NCBI GenBank assembly: GCA_964187785.1
Contig: OZ076409.1
Coordinates: 75,704,001-75,768,000 of the forward strand
Length of the DNA stretch: 64,000 nucleotides
Reading direction: 5' to 3'
Source: Amphiscolops sp. MND2022
Taxonomy: Eukaryota
In this document: piece after piece, positions 1-12,600 of the stretch
Layout: every line of letters begins with the position of its first letter
How positions within the stretch are numbered: the stretch's first letter is position 1
Made by a program: the position numbers and the translations under genes
The notes under the pieces: model-generated
What the model was told of the DNA's origin: nothing
What the model saw: the letters and a program-made list of their open reading frames with translations, nothing else
The model's database searches: none

Positions 1-736
1 TGGTATTTTATGGATAAAAGTACCTGGAAGGTGTTTTAAAGGCCTCCAGAAGTGAACATAGTCATGAAACTTTGTGGGGGGTAACGGTATATAGCACCGG
101 AAGTCCAAACCGTTAGTTACAGAATAGGTTTTTTGGTTTCAAAATGTCTTTAGGCGTAGTTTTGTGGGTTGAATCGTCATAATATCAACTAATACGGACT
201 TTTTTCGGAAATAAAATTTTTTCACATTAGTTTCAGGGACCTCCAATGTTTCAGTCAACATAACCGTTACATTTTGATAGCCTTTCAAGTTGGCCTGGTG
301 TCAACTTGGAAGGGCTATCCGTCTAAAATCGTTAATCAAGAGTGTTTTTGGGTAGGTATATGTTGCATTAGTACCAATTAGAGCTTCATCAACAGTTTGC
401 CAACGGCAAAAACGATGTCGTGATAATTCCGTTATAAGAATATTAATTAACAAATTGTTTCCAAAGTTGATTTTTTCCATTCGAAATGTGTCCTAATGCC
501 ACCAAATTGAATAAAATAATAAATGGTATTGACTAAACCTAAATAACATTGAAAAAGAAGCTCAACATTTTTAATAGGTCTCATTATGGAAGCTGAAACC
601 TCACGTTTTAACTTAATTAACGTCAACGCCACATACTTTACATCAACGCCCACCGTCTGTGGGCATGCCGAGGCATGCCCTTCGACGACGTATACCAATT
701 ACATATATATCCACACCCACCCGCGGTAGCAGCTAG
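1..736 (+). mobile_element. Partial (3') cassette with a GATAGCCTT-type palindrome, related in motifs to 19733-21124
   Basis: Its body does not match the 1.3 kb family. It has the palindrome GATAGCCTTTCAAGTTGG...CAACTTGGAAGGGCTATC (276-319), CCGGAAGT (97-104) and the standard 3' end (CAACGCC x2, GGGCATGCCGAGGCATGCCC, CTAG). Confidence 0.65.
661..680. promoter_or_regulatory. Conserved palindrome GGGCATGCCGAGGCATGCCC; 19/20 match to the p53-family response element (RRRCWWGYYY x2); 34 copies, one before each CTAG junction
   Basis: The half-sites GGGCATGCCG and AGGCATGCCC have zero spacer. The motif also forms a 9-bp inverted repeat. It is invariant apart from the AGGCATGCCGAGGCATGCCT variant. 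Function is not demonstrated. Confidence 0.55.
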
Positions 737-1154
737 GTGGCCGTGTCTTTTCGACGTGCTTTTGCATTGAGGAGTGGGTAGGGCCCCGCGACGACCTAGA
801 AAAATTGGATGCTCACCGAAACGTGCAGAATTCTACGAGATCTCATAGTTTGAGCCATACGATTTTGCTGAAATTTGGCATGTGGCCTGGAATTGGTGAG
901 TAGGTAAAACGTGTAGGAGGTGATTTTTCCCAAATTCCACTGTGAGACGAGATATGGGCAAATAACGGTCCCAAAAATGGCAAAAATGCACTTTTTTCAA
1001 CTTTGTCAGCCCATATCTCGTTCCCATGTGCCCGGAGCGGGACGCGTTAAGCTGATTATAAACTCTAGGGTGTTGAGGCTGTACGGGGAAGTCAGGCCCG
1101 TTCCGATCGGACTTGTAGTCTTGGAGAAATAACGGTATTTTTGGGGAACCTTTT

Positions 1155-1303
1155 CTAACGGTCCAGCTTATCTTTGCCATTTTTTCGAAAATGTACTCGC
1201 CTAAAGGCCTCCCCCTGGCCGAATTTACTCCCAGCAAAACCATTTGGCCCTAAATACGGAGTTTCAGCGTTCCAGCATTCCCGGGCGAAAAGTTGTGGGA
1301 CTT
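1155..1303 (+). repeat. ~150 bp highly conserved central block of the 1.3 kb family (example copy)
   Basis: CTAACGGTCCAGCTTATC...CATTTGGCCCTAAATACGGAGTTTCAGCGTTCCAGCATTCCCGGGCGAAAAGTTGTGGGACTT recurs in nearly every 1.3 kb unit while the flanks differ by subtype. Confidence 0.9.
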
Positions 1304-1706
1304 GGAAAATTTTCAAAAATTTTCAAAAAATTTTTTTTTCGTTTTCCGGGCCCCCAATGAAGGGGAAACGACCCCCAACCAGTATTTTGAGTGAATTCAT
1401 GTGGAAAGCCCATGTTTGGAGGAGAAAAATGCCGTTTAGCACATCTTTTTATCTTGACTCAACGTTGACTTATGACGTTTTGAATGTGATGTAAGGATGT
1501 AGGAGGCATGTGATAAGTTGATGTTTTGAGTCTTTATCTCATATGAAAGCGGTTGAGATGCAAGCTGTCCTGCTCAAAACGTCTTTCGTGGTAATTTTCC
1601 AGTGCACCAATACCCTTTGGTGTCATATAAACATACTTTTTGTCGATATATTAACAATTTTAATGTATTTATTCCAATTTTTATTATCTTATAACTCAAA
1701 ACAGTT

Positions 1707-1749
1707 GAGTACATTTCATCTCCCTTTCGGGGGAGATGAGAATGTACTC
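1707..1749. other. Long imperfect palindrome GAGTACATT(T/C)CATCTCCC-loop-GGGAGATGAGAATGTACTC (example; one per complete 1.3 kb unit, about 250-290 bp before the junction)
   Basis: Two ~18-bp arms with one unpaired base in the right arm. The arms are conserved and the loop varies between subtypes. Confidence 0.9.
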
Positions 1750-4700
1750 GCTAAAGACCTAGCGCCATGACCAAAAGTTTGAAACCCACGTTTTTTTATC
1801 TTCTTACAGACTTGTTTTTGTATTTTTTCGGAATTTTTTAAAAATTAAAATACTTGAAATATATTACTTGACTTTACTACTACAACCCACCTCCAACGAC
1901 AACGCCCCCCTGCTTGCATCAACGCCCGCCGTCCGTAGGCATGCCGAGGCATGCCTTTCGACGACGTATGCCAAATACCCAATGCCACGCTGTCATTATC
2001 GCTAGGTGGCCGTGTCTTTTCGACGTGCTTTTGCATCGAGGAGTGGGTAGGGCCCCGCGACGACCTAAAAGAATTGGATGCTCACCGAAACGTGCAGAAT
2101 TCTACGAGATCTCATAGTTTGAGCCATACGATTTTTCTGAAACTTGGCATGTGGCCTGGAATTGGTGAGTAGGTAAAACGTGTAGGAGGTAATTTTTCCC
2201 AAATTCCATTGTGAGAGGAGATATGGGCAAATAACGGACCCAAAAATGGGGAAAATGCACTTTTTTCAAGTTTGTCAGCCAATATCTCATTTCCACGTGC
2301 CCGTAGCGTTCCGCACGTGGACATCAATATTGCTCAGCGCTGTTGGAGGAGTGCGTGGACAAATTTTGGTTTAAATCGGACTTAAACTTGACGAGAAATT
2401 AACGGTTTTTTGGGCGTTTCCGGGGTAAATTTTTTAACGGTCCAGCTTATCTTTGCCATTTTTTCGAAAATGTACATGCCTAAAGGCCTCCCCCTGGCCG
2501 AATTTACTCCCAGCAAACCCATTTGGCCCTAAATACGGAGTTTCAGCGTTCCAGCATTCCGGGGCGGAAAGTTGTGGGACTTGGAAAAATTTCAAAATTT
2601 TTTCAAAAATTTTTTTCCCGTTTTCCGGGCCCCCAATGAAGGGGAACGACCCCCCAACCAGTATTTTGAGTGAATTCATGTGGAACGCCCATGTTTGGAG
2701 GAGAAAAATGCCGTTTAGCACATCTTTTTATCTTAACTTGACATTGACTTATGACGTTTTGAATGTGATGTTAGGATATATGAAGCATGTTAAAAGTTGA
2801 AGTTTTGAGTCTTTATCTCATCGGAAAACCATTGAGATACAAGCAGTTTTGCTAAAAACGATTTTCATTGTAGGTTAGCACAGTATTAGTACACTTTGAT
2901 GTCATTTGAGTATTTTTTTCTTCTATATAATAACTGTTTTTATGTATTTATTCCAATTTATCTCATCTTTTAACATCAAGCAGTTGAGTACATTTCATCT
3001 CCCTTTCGGGGGAGATGAGAATGTACTCGCTAAAAACCTAATGCTATGGCGCCAATGTTTGGATGAGAAGTTTTCTATGCTTTGAAAAAAGTTATTTTTA
3101 ATTACTTGATTTTTTAAAACAATAATTAACATGAAGTACATTACTTGCTCCTACTACTACCACCATACATCTCTAACGTCAACGCCCCCTGCTTGCATCA
3201 ACGCCCCATCGTCCGTGGGCATGCCGAGGCATGCCCTTCGACGACGTATGCCAAATGCCCAGTGCCACGCAGTCTTTCCCCGCTAGGTGGCCGTGTCTTT
3301 TCGACGTGCTTTTGCATTGAGGAGTGGGTAGGGCCCCGCGACGACCTAGAAGAATTGGATGCTCACCGAAACGTGCAGAATTCTACGAGATCTCATAGTT
3401 TGAGCCATACGATTTTTCTGAAATTTGGCATGTGGCCTGGAATTGGTGAGTAGGTAAAACGTGTAGGAGGTGATTTTTCCCAAATTCCACTGTGAGACGA
3501 GATATGGGCAAATAACGGTCCCAAAAATGGCAAAAATGCACTTTTTTCAACTTTGTCAGCCCATATCTCTTTTCCAGGTGCCCGTAGCGTTCCGCACGTG
3601 GACATCAATATTGCTCAGCGCTGTCGGAGGAGTGCGTGGACAAATTTTGGTTTAAATCGGACTTAAACTTGACGAGAAATTAACGGTTTTTTGGGCGTTT
3701 CCGGGGTAAATTTTTTAACGGTCCAGCTTATCTTTGCCATTTTTTCGAAACTGTACATGCCTAAAGGCCTCCCCCTGGCCGAATTTACTCCCAGCAAACC
3801 CATTTGGCCCTAAATACGGAGTTTCAGCGTTCCAGCATTCCGGGGCGGAAAGTTGTGGGACTTGGAAAAATTTCAAAATTTTTTCAAAAAATTTTTTTCC
3901 CGTTTTCCGGGCCCCCAATGAAGGGGAACGACCCCCCAACCAGTATTTTGAGTGAATTCATGTGGAACGCCCATGTTTGGCGGTGAAAAATGCCGTTTAG
4001 AACATCTTTTTATCTTAACTTGACATTGACTTATGACGTTTTGAATGTGATGTTAGGATATATGAAGCATGTTAAAAGTTGAAGTTTTGAGTCTTTATCT
4101 CATCGGAAAACCATTGAGATACAAGCATTTTTGCTAAAAACGATTTTCACTGTAGGTTAGCAGAGTATTAGTACACTTTGATGTCATTTGAGTATTTTTT
4201 TCTTCTATATAATAACTGTTTTTATGTATTTATTCCAATTTATCTCATCTTTTAACATCAAGCAGTTGAGTACATTTCATCTCCCTTTCGGGGGAGATGA
4301 GAATGTACTCGCTAAAAACTTAATGCTATGGCGCCAATGTTTGGATGGGAAGTTTTCTATGCTTTGAAAAAAGTTATTTTTAATTACTTGATTTTTTAAA
4401 ACAATAATTAACATGAAGTACATTACTTGCTCCTACTACTACCACCATACATCTCTAACGTCAACGCCCCCTGCTTGCATCAACGCCCCATCGTCCGTGG
4501 GCATGCCGAGGCATGCCCTTCGACGACGTATGCCAAATGCCCAGTGCCACGCAGTCTTTCCCCGCTAGGTGGCCGTGTCTTTTCGACGTGCTTTTGCATC
4601 GAGGAGTGGGTAGGGCCCCGCGACGACCTAGAAGAATTGGATGCTCACCGAAACGTGCAGAATTCTACGAGATCTCATAGTTTGAGCCATACGATTTTTC

Positions 4701-7700
4701 TGAAATTTGGCATGTGGCCTGGAATTGGTGAGTAGGTAAAACGTGTAGGAGGTAATTTTTCCCAAATTCCATTGTGAGAGGAGATATGGGCAAATAACGG
4801 ACCCAAAAATGGGGAAAATGCACTTTTTTCAAGTTTGTCAGCCAATATCTCATTTCCAGGTGCCCGTAGCGTTCCGCACGTGGACGTCAATATTGCTCAG
4901 CACTGTTAGAAGAGTGCGTGGACAAATTTTGGTTCAAATCGGACTGAAACTTGGCGAGAAATCAACGGTTTTTTGGGCAATTCCGGGGTAAATTTTTTAA
5001 CGGTCCAGCTTATCTTTGCCATTTTTTCGAAAATGTACTTGCCTAAAGGCCTCCCCTGGCCCAATTTCCTCCCAAAAAAACCATTTGGCCCTAAATACGA
5101 GGTTTCAGCGTTCCAGCATTTCCGGGCGAAAAGTTGTGGGACTTAGAATTTTTTCAAAAATTTTCAAATTTTTTTTTCGTTATTTGGGCCCCCAAAGTGG
5201 GGGAAAGGACCCCCCAACCATTAATTTGTGTGAATGCATGTGCAAAGCCCTTGTTTTGACGAGAAAAATACCGTTTCGAACATCTTTTTATTTTAACTTG
5301 GCGTTGACTTAGGACGTTTTGAATGTGATGTTAGGATGTGTGAGGCATGTGAAAAGTTGATGTTTTGAGTCTTTATCTCATGTGAAAGCGATTGAGATAC
5401 AAGCTGTTTCGCTCAAAACGGGTTTCATCGTAATTTCGCAGTGCATCATTGACCTTTGTTGTCTTTTGAAGAATTTTTTCTTCATATAACAACAATTTTG
5501 GTGTGTTTCTTCCAATTTTTCTCATCTTCTAATTTGAAACAGTTGAGTACATTTCATCTCCCTTTCGGGGGAGATGAGAATGTACTCGCTAAAAACCTAG
5601 TGCTTTTGCGCCGCAATGTTTGCAAAAGTTGTTATTATTGCTGTTCCATCAGCATTTTCTAACTGACTTTTTTAAAACTATCAATTAACTTGAAGTACAT
5701 TACTTGAACTTACTACTAATACCATACATCTCTAACGACAACGCCCCCCTGCTTGCATCAACGCCCACCGTCCGTGGGCATGCCGAGGCATGCCCTTCGA
5801 CGACGTATGCCAAATGCCCAGTGCCACGCAGTCATTCTCGCTAGGTGCCGGGATTTCCATTCGATAAGGAATTCTGCGCGTGTGGGTAGGGCCCCTGGCG
5901 CGCTCCTGTGTTTTCGGTTTTCCTACTCCTAAATAGACCCCCTGAATTCCGGGATCTCCTAAACTATCCATACGATTTGGCTGAAATTTGGCACACGTAC
6001 CCCCCTCGGCACGGTGAAGATGATTTCCTACTGACGTTTTTCCCGCTAAACATTTTTTGTTGACCAAAATAACGGTTTTTGGGGTAAAATTTTGAACTTT
6101 TTTTAAATTTCATCTTATATCTCGCCACGGGTACACGCTAGCGCTTCCAAACCTTGCTGACGAAAGTTTGCAAACTGTCTCAGGAATGCTGTGTGAAATT
6201 TTCAGCTCAATCGGACTCAAACTCGAGGAGATATAGCGTTTTCCCGGAGCGGGGGGGTTTCAATTTTCTAACGGTCCAGCTTATCTTTGCCATTTTTTCG
6301 AAAATGCACTCGCCTAAAGGCCTCCCCTGGCCGGTTTTATTCCCGACAAAACCATTTGGCCCTAAATACGGAGTTTCAGCGTTCCAGCATTCCCGGGCGA
6401 AAAGTTGTGGGACTTAGAAAAGTTCAAAAATTTTCAAAAAAAATTTTTTCCGTTATTTGGGCCCTCAAAGTGGGGGAAAAGACCCCCCAACCAGTAAAGC
6501 AAGTGAATGCATGTGGAAAGCCCTTGTTTAGACGAGAAAAATGCCGTCTAGAACGTCTTTTTATCTTAACTTGACATTGACTTTTGTCGTTTTGAAGGTG
6601 ACCGTTAGATACGGAAAATTGATGTTTTGAGTATTTATCCCATCTGAAAGCCATTGAGATACAACATGTTTTGCTCAAAACGTGTTTCATTGCAGTTTCG
6701 CTGTCCATTATCACCCTTTGGTGTCTTTTCACGTAATTTTCGTTTCTATAATAACAATTTTTTTGTGTATTTATTCATTTTATTCTCATCAAATAACTTG
6801 AAACAGTTGAGTACATTCCATCTCCCTTCCCGGGGGAGATGAGAATGTACTCGGTAAAGGTCAGGAACTACGGTCTATATCTTCCACAACACAAAAGGGA
6901 TTGCAAATGGTTTCAGTTTGTCGCAGAAAACTTCTTTTTGCCCTCTGTGACTCGACAAAATGAACGTTTCTTACTTACTTTGAAACTCAGCATACCACAA
7001 CTCATCTCTAACGTCAGCGCCCCCCTACTTGCATCAACGCCCACCGTCCGTGGGCATGCCGAGGCATGCCCTTCGACGACGTATACCAAGATATACCTGG
7101 AGCGCGGTAGCCGCTAGGTGCCGGGATTTCTATTCGATAAAGTATGTGGCGCGCCTTGGGTAGGGTCCCTTGCGCGCTCTTGGGTATGGTGTTCACCAGC
7201 TAGGAAACAGGGGTCGATTTTTCGGGATCTCCTAAACTAGCCACACGATTTGGCTGAAATTTGGCACACGTACTCCCCTCGGCACGGTGAAGATGATTTC
7301 CTACTGACGTTTTTCCCGCAAAATTTTTTTTGTTGTCCAAAATAACGGTTTTTGGGGTAAAATTTTGATTTTTTTTTAAATTTTATCTCATATCTCGCCA
7401 CCGGTTTACGCTAGCGCTTCGAAACCCTGCTAAAGAAAGTTTGCAAACTGTCTCAGGAATGCTGTGTGAAAATTTCAGCTCAATCGGACTTAAACTCGGG
7501 GAGATATAGCGTTTTTCCGGAGCGGGGGGGTTTCATTTTTCTAACGGTCCAGCTTATCTTTGCCATTTTTTCGAAAATGTACTCGCCTAAAGACCTCCCC
7601 TGGCCGGTTTTATTCCCAGCAAAACCATTTGGCCCTAAATACGGAGTTTCAGCGTTCCAGCATTCCCGGGCGAAAAGTTGTGGGACTTAGAAAATTTCAA

Positions 7701-8405
7701 AAATTTTCAAAAAAAATTTTTTCGGTTTTCCGCCCACCCCCCTAGGGGAAAAGACTCCCCAACCAGTAATTTGAGTGAATTCATGTGGAAAGGCCATGTT
7801 TAGAGGAGAAAAATGCCGTTTAGAACGTCTTTTTATCTTGGCTCAACGTTGACTTATGACGTTTTGAAGGTGATGTTTGGAGGTGTAAAGCACGTGAATA
7901 GTAAACGTTATGAGTATTTATCTGATCTGAAAGCCATTGAGATGCAATATGGTTTGCTCAAAACGTAATTCATGGCAGTTTGGCAATCAATCAACACCCT
8001 TTGTTGTCGTTTGACATACTTTTTTGTTGTTATAATAAAAAATTTTGTGTATTTATTCATTTTTTTCTCATCAAATAACTTGAAACAGTTGAGTACATTC
8101 CATCGCCCCCTTCCGGGGGAGATGAGAATGTACTCGCAAAAAGCACCGAACTACGGCCCTTACCTTCCCGAGCTACGCAGTATAAGGATTACATATTGGT
8201 TCCGACATTTTCATAGAGTTAAATCTTGGTAATCTGTCTGGATATGCAGAAAAACCAGCACGTGCTTTTTTATACCAAGTTGCTTACAACGACAATTATT
8301 TTATATCAACGCCCCCATATTTATCAACGCCCCCCGTCCGTGGGCATGCCGAGGCATGCCCTTCGACGACGTGCACCAAGATATACCCCAAGCGCGTTAG
8401 CCTAG

Positions 8406-9691
8406 GTGGCCGGAAATTTTTTTTTCATCAAAATCTTTGCCATTGGGGGAGGGGCCCCGGATGGCCAGTAGTACGGGATAGCTTCCTACCAAATCCAGGC
8501 GGAAAAAACGTGATTTTGGAAACTAGCCGTCAGAATTTGCTCAAATTTTGCATACGGCTTCCTATAACAATCCTAAGAACTAATCCCTACTGGCATTTTG
8601 CCCGAAAAACGCAAAAAGTTGGTCAAAATCTTAGTTTTTTGGTCAAAAAATGGCGTTTTTTCGAAAAAAAAATTTTTCAGAGACAATTACTCGTAACTGG
8701 TTCACCCAGCGCAAAAACGCCTAGCTGATTTATTGTTGGGCACTTCATGAGGAGTACGTATACAAATTTTCGTCTAGATCGGAAAAAAAATGACTAAGTA
8801 TTAGCCGGAATTCGGACGCATTTTTTCGCAAATTTTTGAAAACCTAGTCTATCTCTGCCGTTTTTTGCCCAGATTTTTTTCCAGGTCCTCTCCTAAAGGC
8901 CTCCCCTGGCCGGTTTACTTCCCAGAAAAACCATTTGGCCCTAAATACGGAGTTTCAGCGTTCTAGCATTCCCGGGCGAAAAGATGTGGGACTTAGAAAA
9001 AATTCAAAATTTTTCAAAAAATTTTTTTTTCGTTTTCCGGCCCCCCAATGAAGGGGAACGACCCCCCAACGAGGATTTTTGGTGAATTCACGTGGAAAGG
9101 CCTTGTTTTGTGGAGCAAATTGCCGTTTAGAGCGACTTTTTATCTTAACTTGACGTTGACGTCTGTCGTTTTGAATTTGATATTAGTATGTGTTGAGCAT
9201 GTGAAAAGTTGATGATTTCAGTTGTTCTCTCGTGTTCAAGCCATTGAGATACAAGCGGTAGTGATCAAAATGTGATTTATCGCAATTTGGTGGTGCTTTT
9301 GGTGTATTTTGATTCTTTTAAATAAAAAGTTGTTCTTTATATATTTGGTGTATTGATTCAAATGAACAAGAAACAGTTGAGTACATTTCATCTCCCCCCT
9401 TGTGGGGGAGATGAGGATGTACCCGCTAAATGACACGCACAATGGCCCAATTTTATTTTTATGCGACGTTTTCTAGGCTTTTGCGCAAGCCCACTAAAAT
9501 TTAGACTGGTTTCCTTTTCTTTTACTCCAAAATTTTCCGTACTAACCACCTTACGCACCATCAGCTCATCGTAACATCTGTAACGCCAACGCCACATACT
9601 CTCACTAACGCCCACCGTCTGTGGGCATGCCGAGGCATGCCCTTCGACGACGTATGCCAAATAGCGCCACAGGGCGCCCAATTTTGTCTAG
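8406..9691 (+). mobile_element. Distinct subtype unit (starts GTGGCCGGAAATTTT); near-identical dispersed copies at 21125-22411 and 29181-30465
   Basis: The three non-adjacent copies match along their full length (1285-1287 bp) and have different neighbours. Confidence 0.85.
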
Positions 9692-12600
9692 GTGGCCGTG
9701 TCTTTTCGACGTGCTTTTGCATTGAGGAGTGGGTAGGGCCCCGCGACGACCTAGAAGAATTGGATGCTCACCGAAACGTGCAGAATTCTACGAGATCTCA
9801 TAGTTTGAGCCATACGATTTTTCTGAAATTTGGCATGTGGCCTGGAATTGGTGAGTAGGTAAAACGTGTAGAAGGTAATTTTTCCCAAATTCCACTGTGA
9901 GAGGAGATATGGGCAAATAACGGACCCAAAAATGGCAAAAATGCACATTTTTCAACTTTGTCAGCCAATATCTCTTTTCCAGGTGCCCGTAGCGTTCCGC
10001 ACGTGGACATCAATATTGCTCAGCGCTGTTGGAGGAGTGCGTGGACAAATTTTGGTTTAAATCGGACTAAAACTTGACGAGAAATTAACGGTTTTTTGGG
10101 CGTTTCCGGGGTAAATTTTTTAACGGTCCAGCTTATCTTTGCCATTTTTTCGAAAATGTACATGCCTAAAGGCCTCCCCCTGGCCGAATTTACTCCCAGC
10201 AAACCCATTTGGCCCTAAATACGGAGTTTCAGCGTTCCAGCATTCCGGGGCGGAAAGTTGTGGGACTTGGAAAAATTTCAAAATTTTTTCAAAAATTTTT
10301 TTTCCCGTTTTCCGGGCCCCCAATGAAGGGGAACGACCCCCCAACCAGTATTTTGAGTGAATTCATGTGGAAAGCCCATGTTTGGAGGAGAAAAATGCCG
10401 TTTAGCACATCTTTTTATCTTAACTTGACATTGACTTATGACGTTTTGAATGTGATGTTAGGATATATGAAGCATGTTAAAAGTTGAAGTTTTGAGTCTT
10501 TATCTCATCGGAAAACCATTGAGATACAAGCAGTTTTGCTAAAAACGATTTTCATTGTAGGTTAGCAGAGTATTAGTACACTTTGATGTCATTTGAGTAT
10601 ATTTTTCTTCTATATAATAACTGTTTTTATGTATTTATTCCAATTTATCTCATCTTTTAACATCAAGCAGTTGAGTACATTTCATCTCCCTTTCGGGGGA
10701 GATGAGAATGTACTCGCTAAAAACCTAATGCTATGGCGCCAATGTTTGGATGGGAAGTTTTCTATGCTTTGAAAAAAGTTATTTTTAATTACTTGATTTT
10801 TTAAAACAATAATTAACATGAAGTACATTACTTGCTCCTACTACTACCACCATACATCTCTAACGTCAACGCCCCCTGCTTGCATCAACGCCCCATCGTC
10901 CGTGGGCATGCCGAGGCATGCCCTTCGACGACGTATGCCAAATGCCCAGTGCCACGCAGTCTTTTCCCGCTAGGTGGCCGTGTCTTTTCGACGTGCTTTT
11001 GCATTGAGGAGTGGGTAGGGCCCCGCGACGACCTAGAAGAATTGGATGCTCACCGAAACGTGCAGAATTCTACGAGATCTCATAGTTTGAGCCATACGAT
11101 TTTGCTGAAATTTGGCATGTGGCCTGGAATTGGTGAGTAGGTAAAACGTGTAGGAGGTGATTTTTCCCAAATTCCACTGTGAGACGAGATATGGGCAAAT
11201 AACGGTCCCAAAAATGGCAAAAATGCACTTTTTTCAACTTTGTCAGCCCATATCTCGTTCCCAGGTGCCCGGAGCGGGACGCGTTAAGCTGATTATAAAC
11301 TCTAGGGTGTTGAGGCTGTACGGGGAAGTCAGGCCCGTTCCGATCGGACTTGTAGTCTTGGAGAAATAACGGTATTTTTGGGGAACCTTTTCTAACGGTC
11401 CAGCTTATCTTTGCCATTTTTTCGAAAAGGTACTCGCCTAAAGGCCTCCCCCTGGCCGAATTTACTCCCAGCAAAACCATTTGGCCCTAAATACGGAGTT
11501 TCAGCGTTCCAGCATTCCCGGGCGAAAAGTTGTGGGACTTGGAAAATTTTCAAAAATTTTCAAAAAATTTTTTTTTCGTTTTCCGGGCCCCCAATGAAGG
11601 GGAAACGACCCCCCAACCAGTATTTTGAGTGAATTCATGTGGAAAGCCCTTGTTTTGACGAGAGAAATACCGTTTAGAACATCTTTTTATCTTGACTCAA
11701 CGTTGACTTATGACGTTTTGAATGTGATGTAAGGATGTAGGAGGCATGTGATAAGTTGATGTTTTGAGTCTTTATCTCATATGAAAGCGGTTGAGATGCA
11801 AGCTGTCCTGCTCAAAACGTCTTTCGTTGTAATTTTCCAGTGCACCAATACCCTTTGGTGTCATATAAACATACTTTTTGTCGATATATTAACAATTTTA
11901 ATGTATTTATTCCAATTTTTATTATCTTATAACTCAAAACAGTTGAGTACATTTCATCTCCCTTTCGGGGGAGATGAGAATGTACTCGCTAAAGACCTAG
12001 CGCCATGACCAAAAGTTTGAAACCCACGTTTTTTATCTTCTTACAGACTTGTTTTTGTATTTTTTTGGAATTTCTTAAAAATTAATATACTTGAAATACA
12101 TTACTTGACTTTACTACTACAACCCACCTCCAACGACAACGCCCCCCTGCTTGCATCAACGCCCGCCGTCCGTAGGCATGCCGAGGCATGCCTTTCGACG
12201 ACGTATGCCAAATACCCAATGCCACGCTGTCATTATCGCTAGGTGGCCGTGTCTTTTCGACGTGCTTTTGCATTGAGGAGTGGGTAGGGCCCCGCGACGA
12301 CCTAGAAGAATTGGATGCTCACCGAAACGTGCAGAATTCTACGAGATCTCATAGTTTGAGCCATACGATTTTTCTGAAATTTGGCATGTGGCCTGGAATT
12401 GGTGAGTAGGTAAAACGTGTAGAAGGTAATTTTTCCCAAATTCCACTGTGAGAGGAGATATGGGCAAATAACGGACCCAAAAATGGCAAAAATGCACATT
12501 TTTCAACTTTGTCAGCCAATATCTCTTTTCCAGGTGCCCGTAGCGTTCCGCACGTGGACATCAATATTGCTCAGCGCTGTTGGAGGAGTGCGTGGACAAA

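Larger units (their letters stand above)
737..2005 (+). mobile_element. Representative 1269 bp unit (near-identical copies at 10974-12242 and 22412-23680)
   Basis: Starts GTGGCCGTGTCTTTTCGACG and ends ...ATTATCGCTAG. The three copies have the same length and internal sequence. Confidence 0.85.

Noticed and set aside
1700..1760. Long palindrome as the element terminus (Helentron/DINE-1-like boundary)
   Set aside because: Sequence on both sides of the palindrome stays linked by subtype, whereas subtype switches occur at CTRG|GTG. I found no matching second subterminal inverted repeat.
6150..6185. Hammerhead ribozyme core (CTGACGA) suggesting a retrozyme-type repeat
   Set aside because: There is no correctly placed GAAA after a stem II, and the motif is not conserved in other subtypes.
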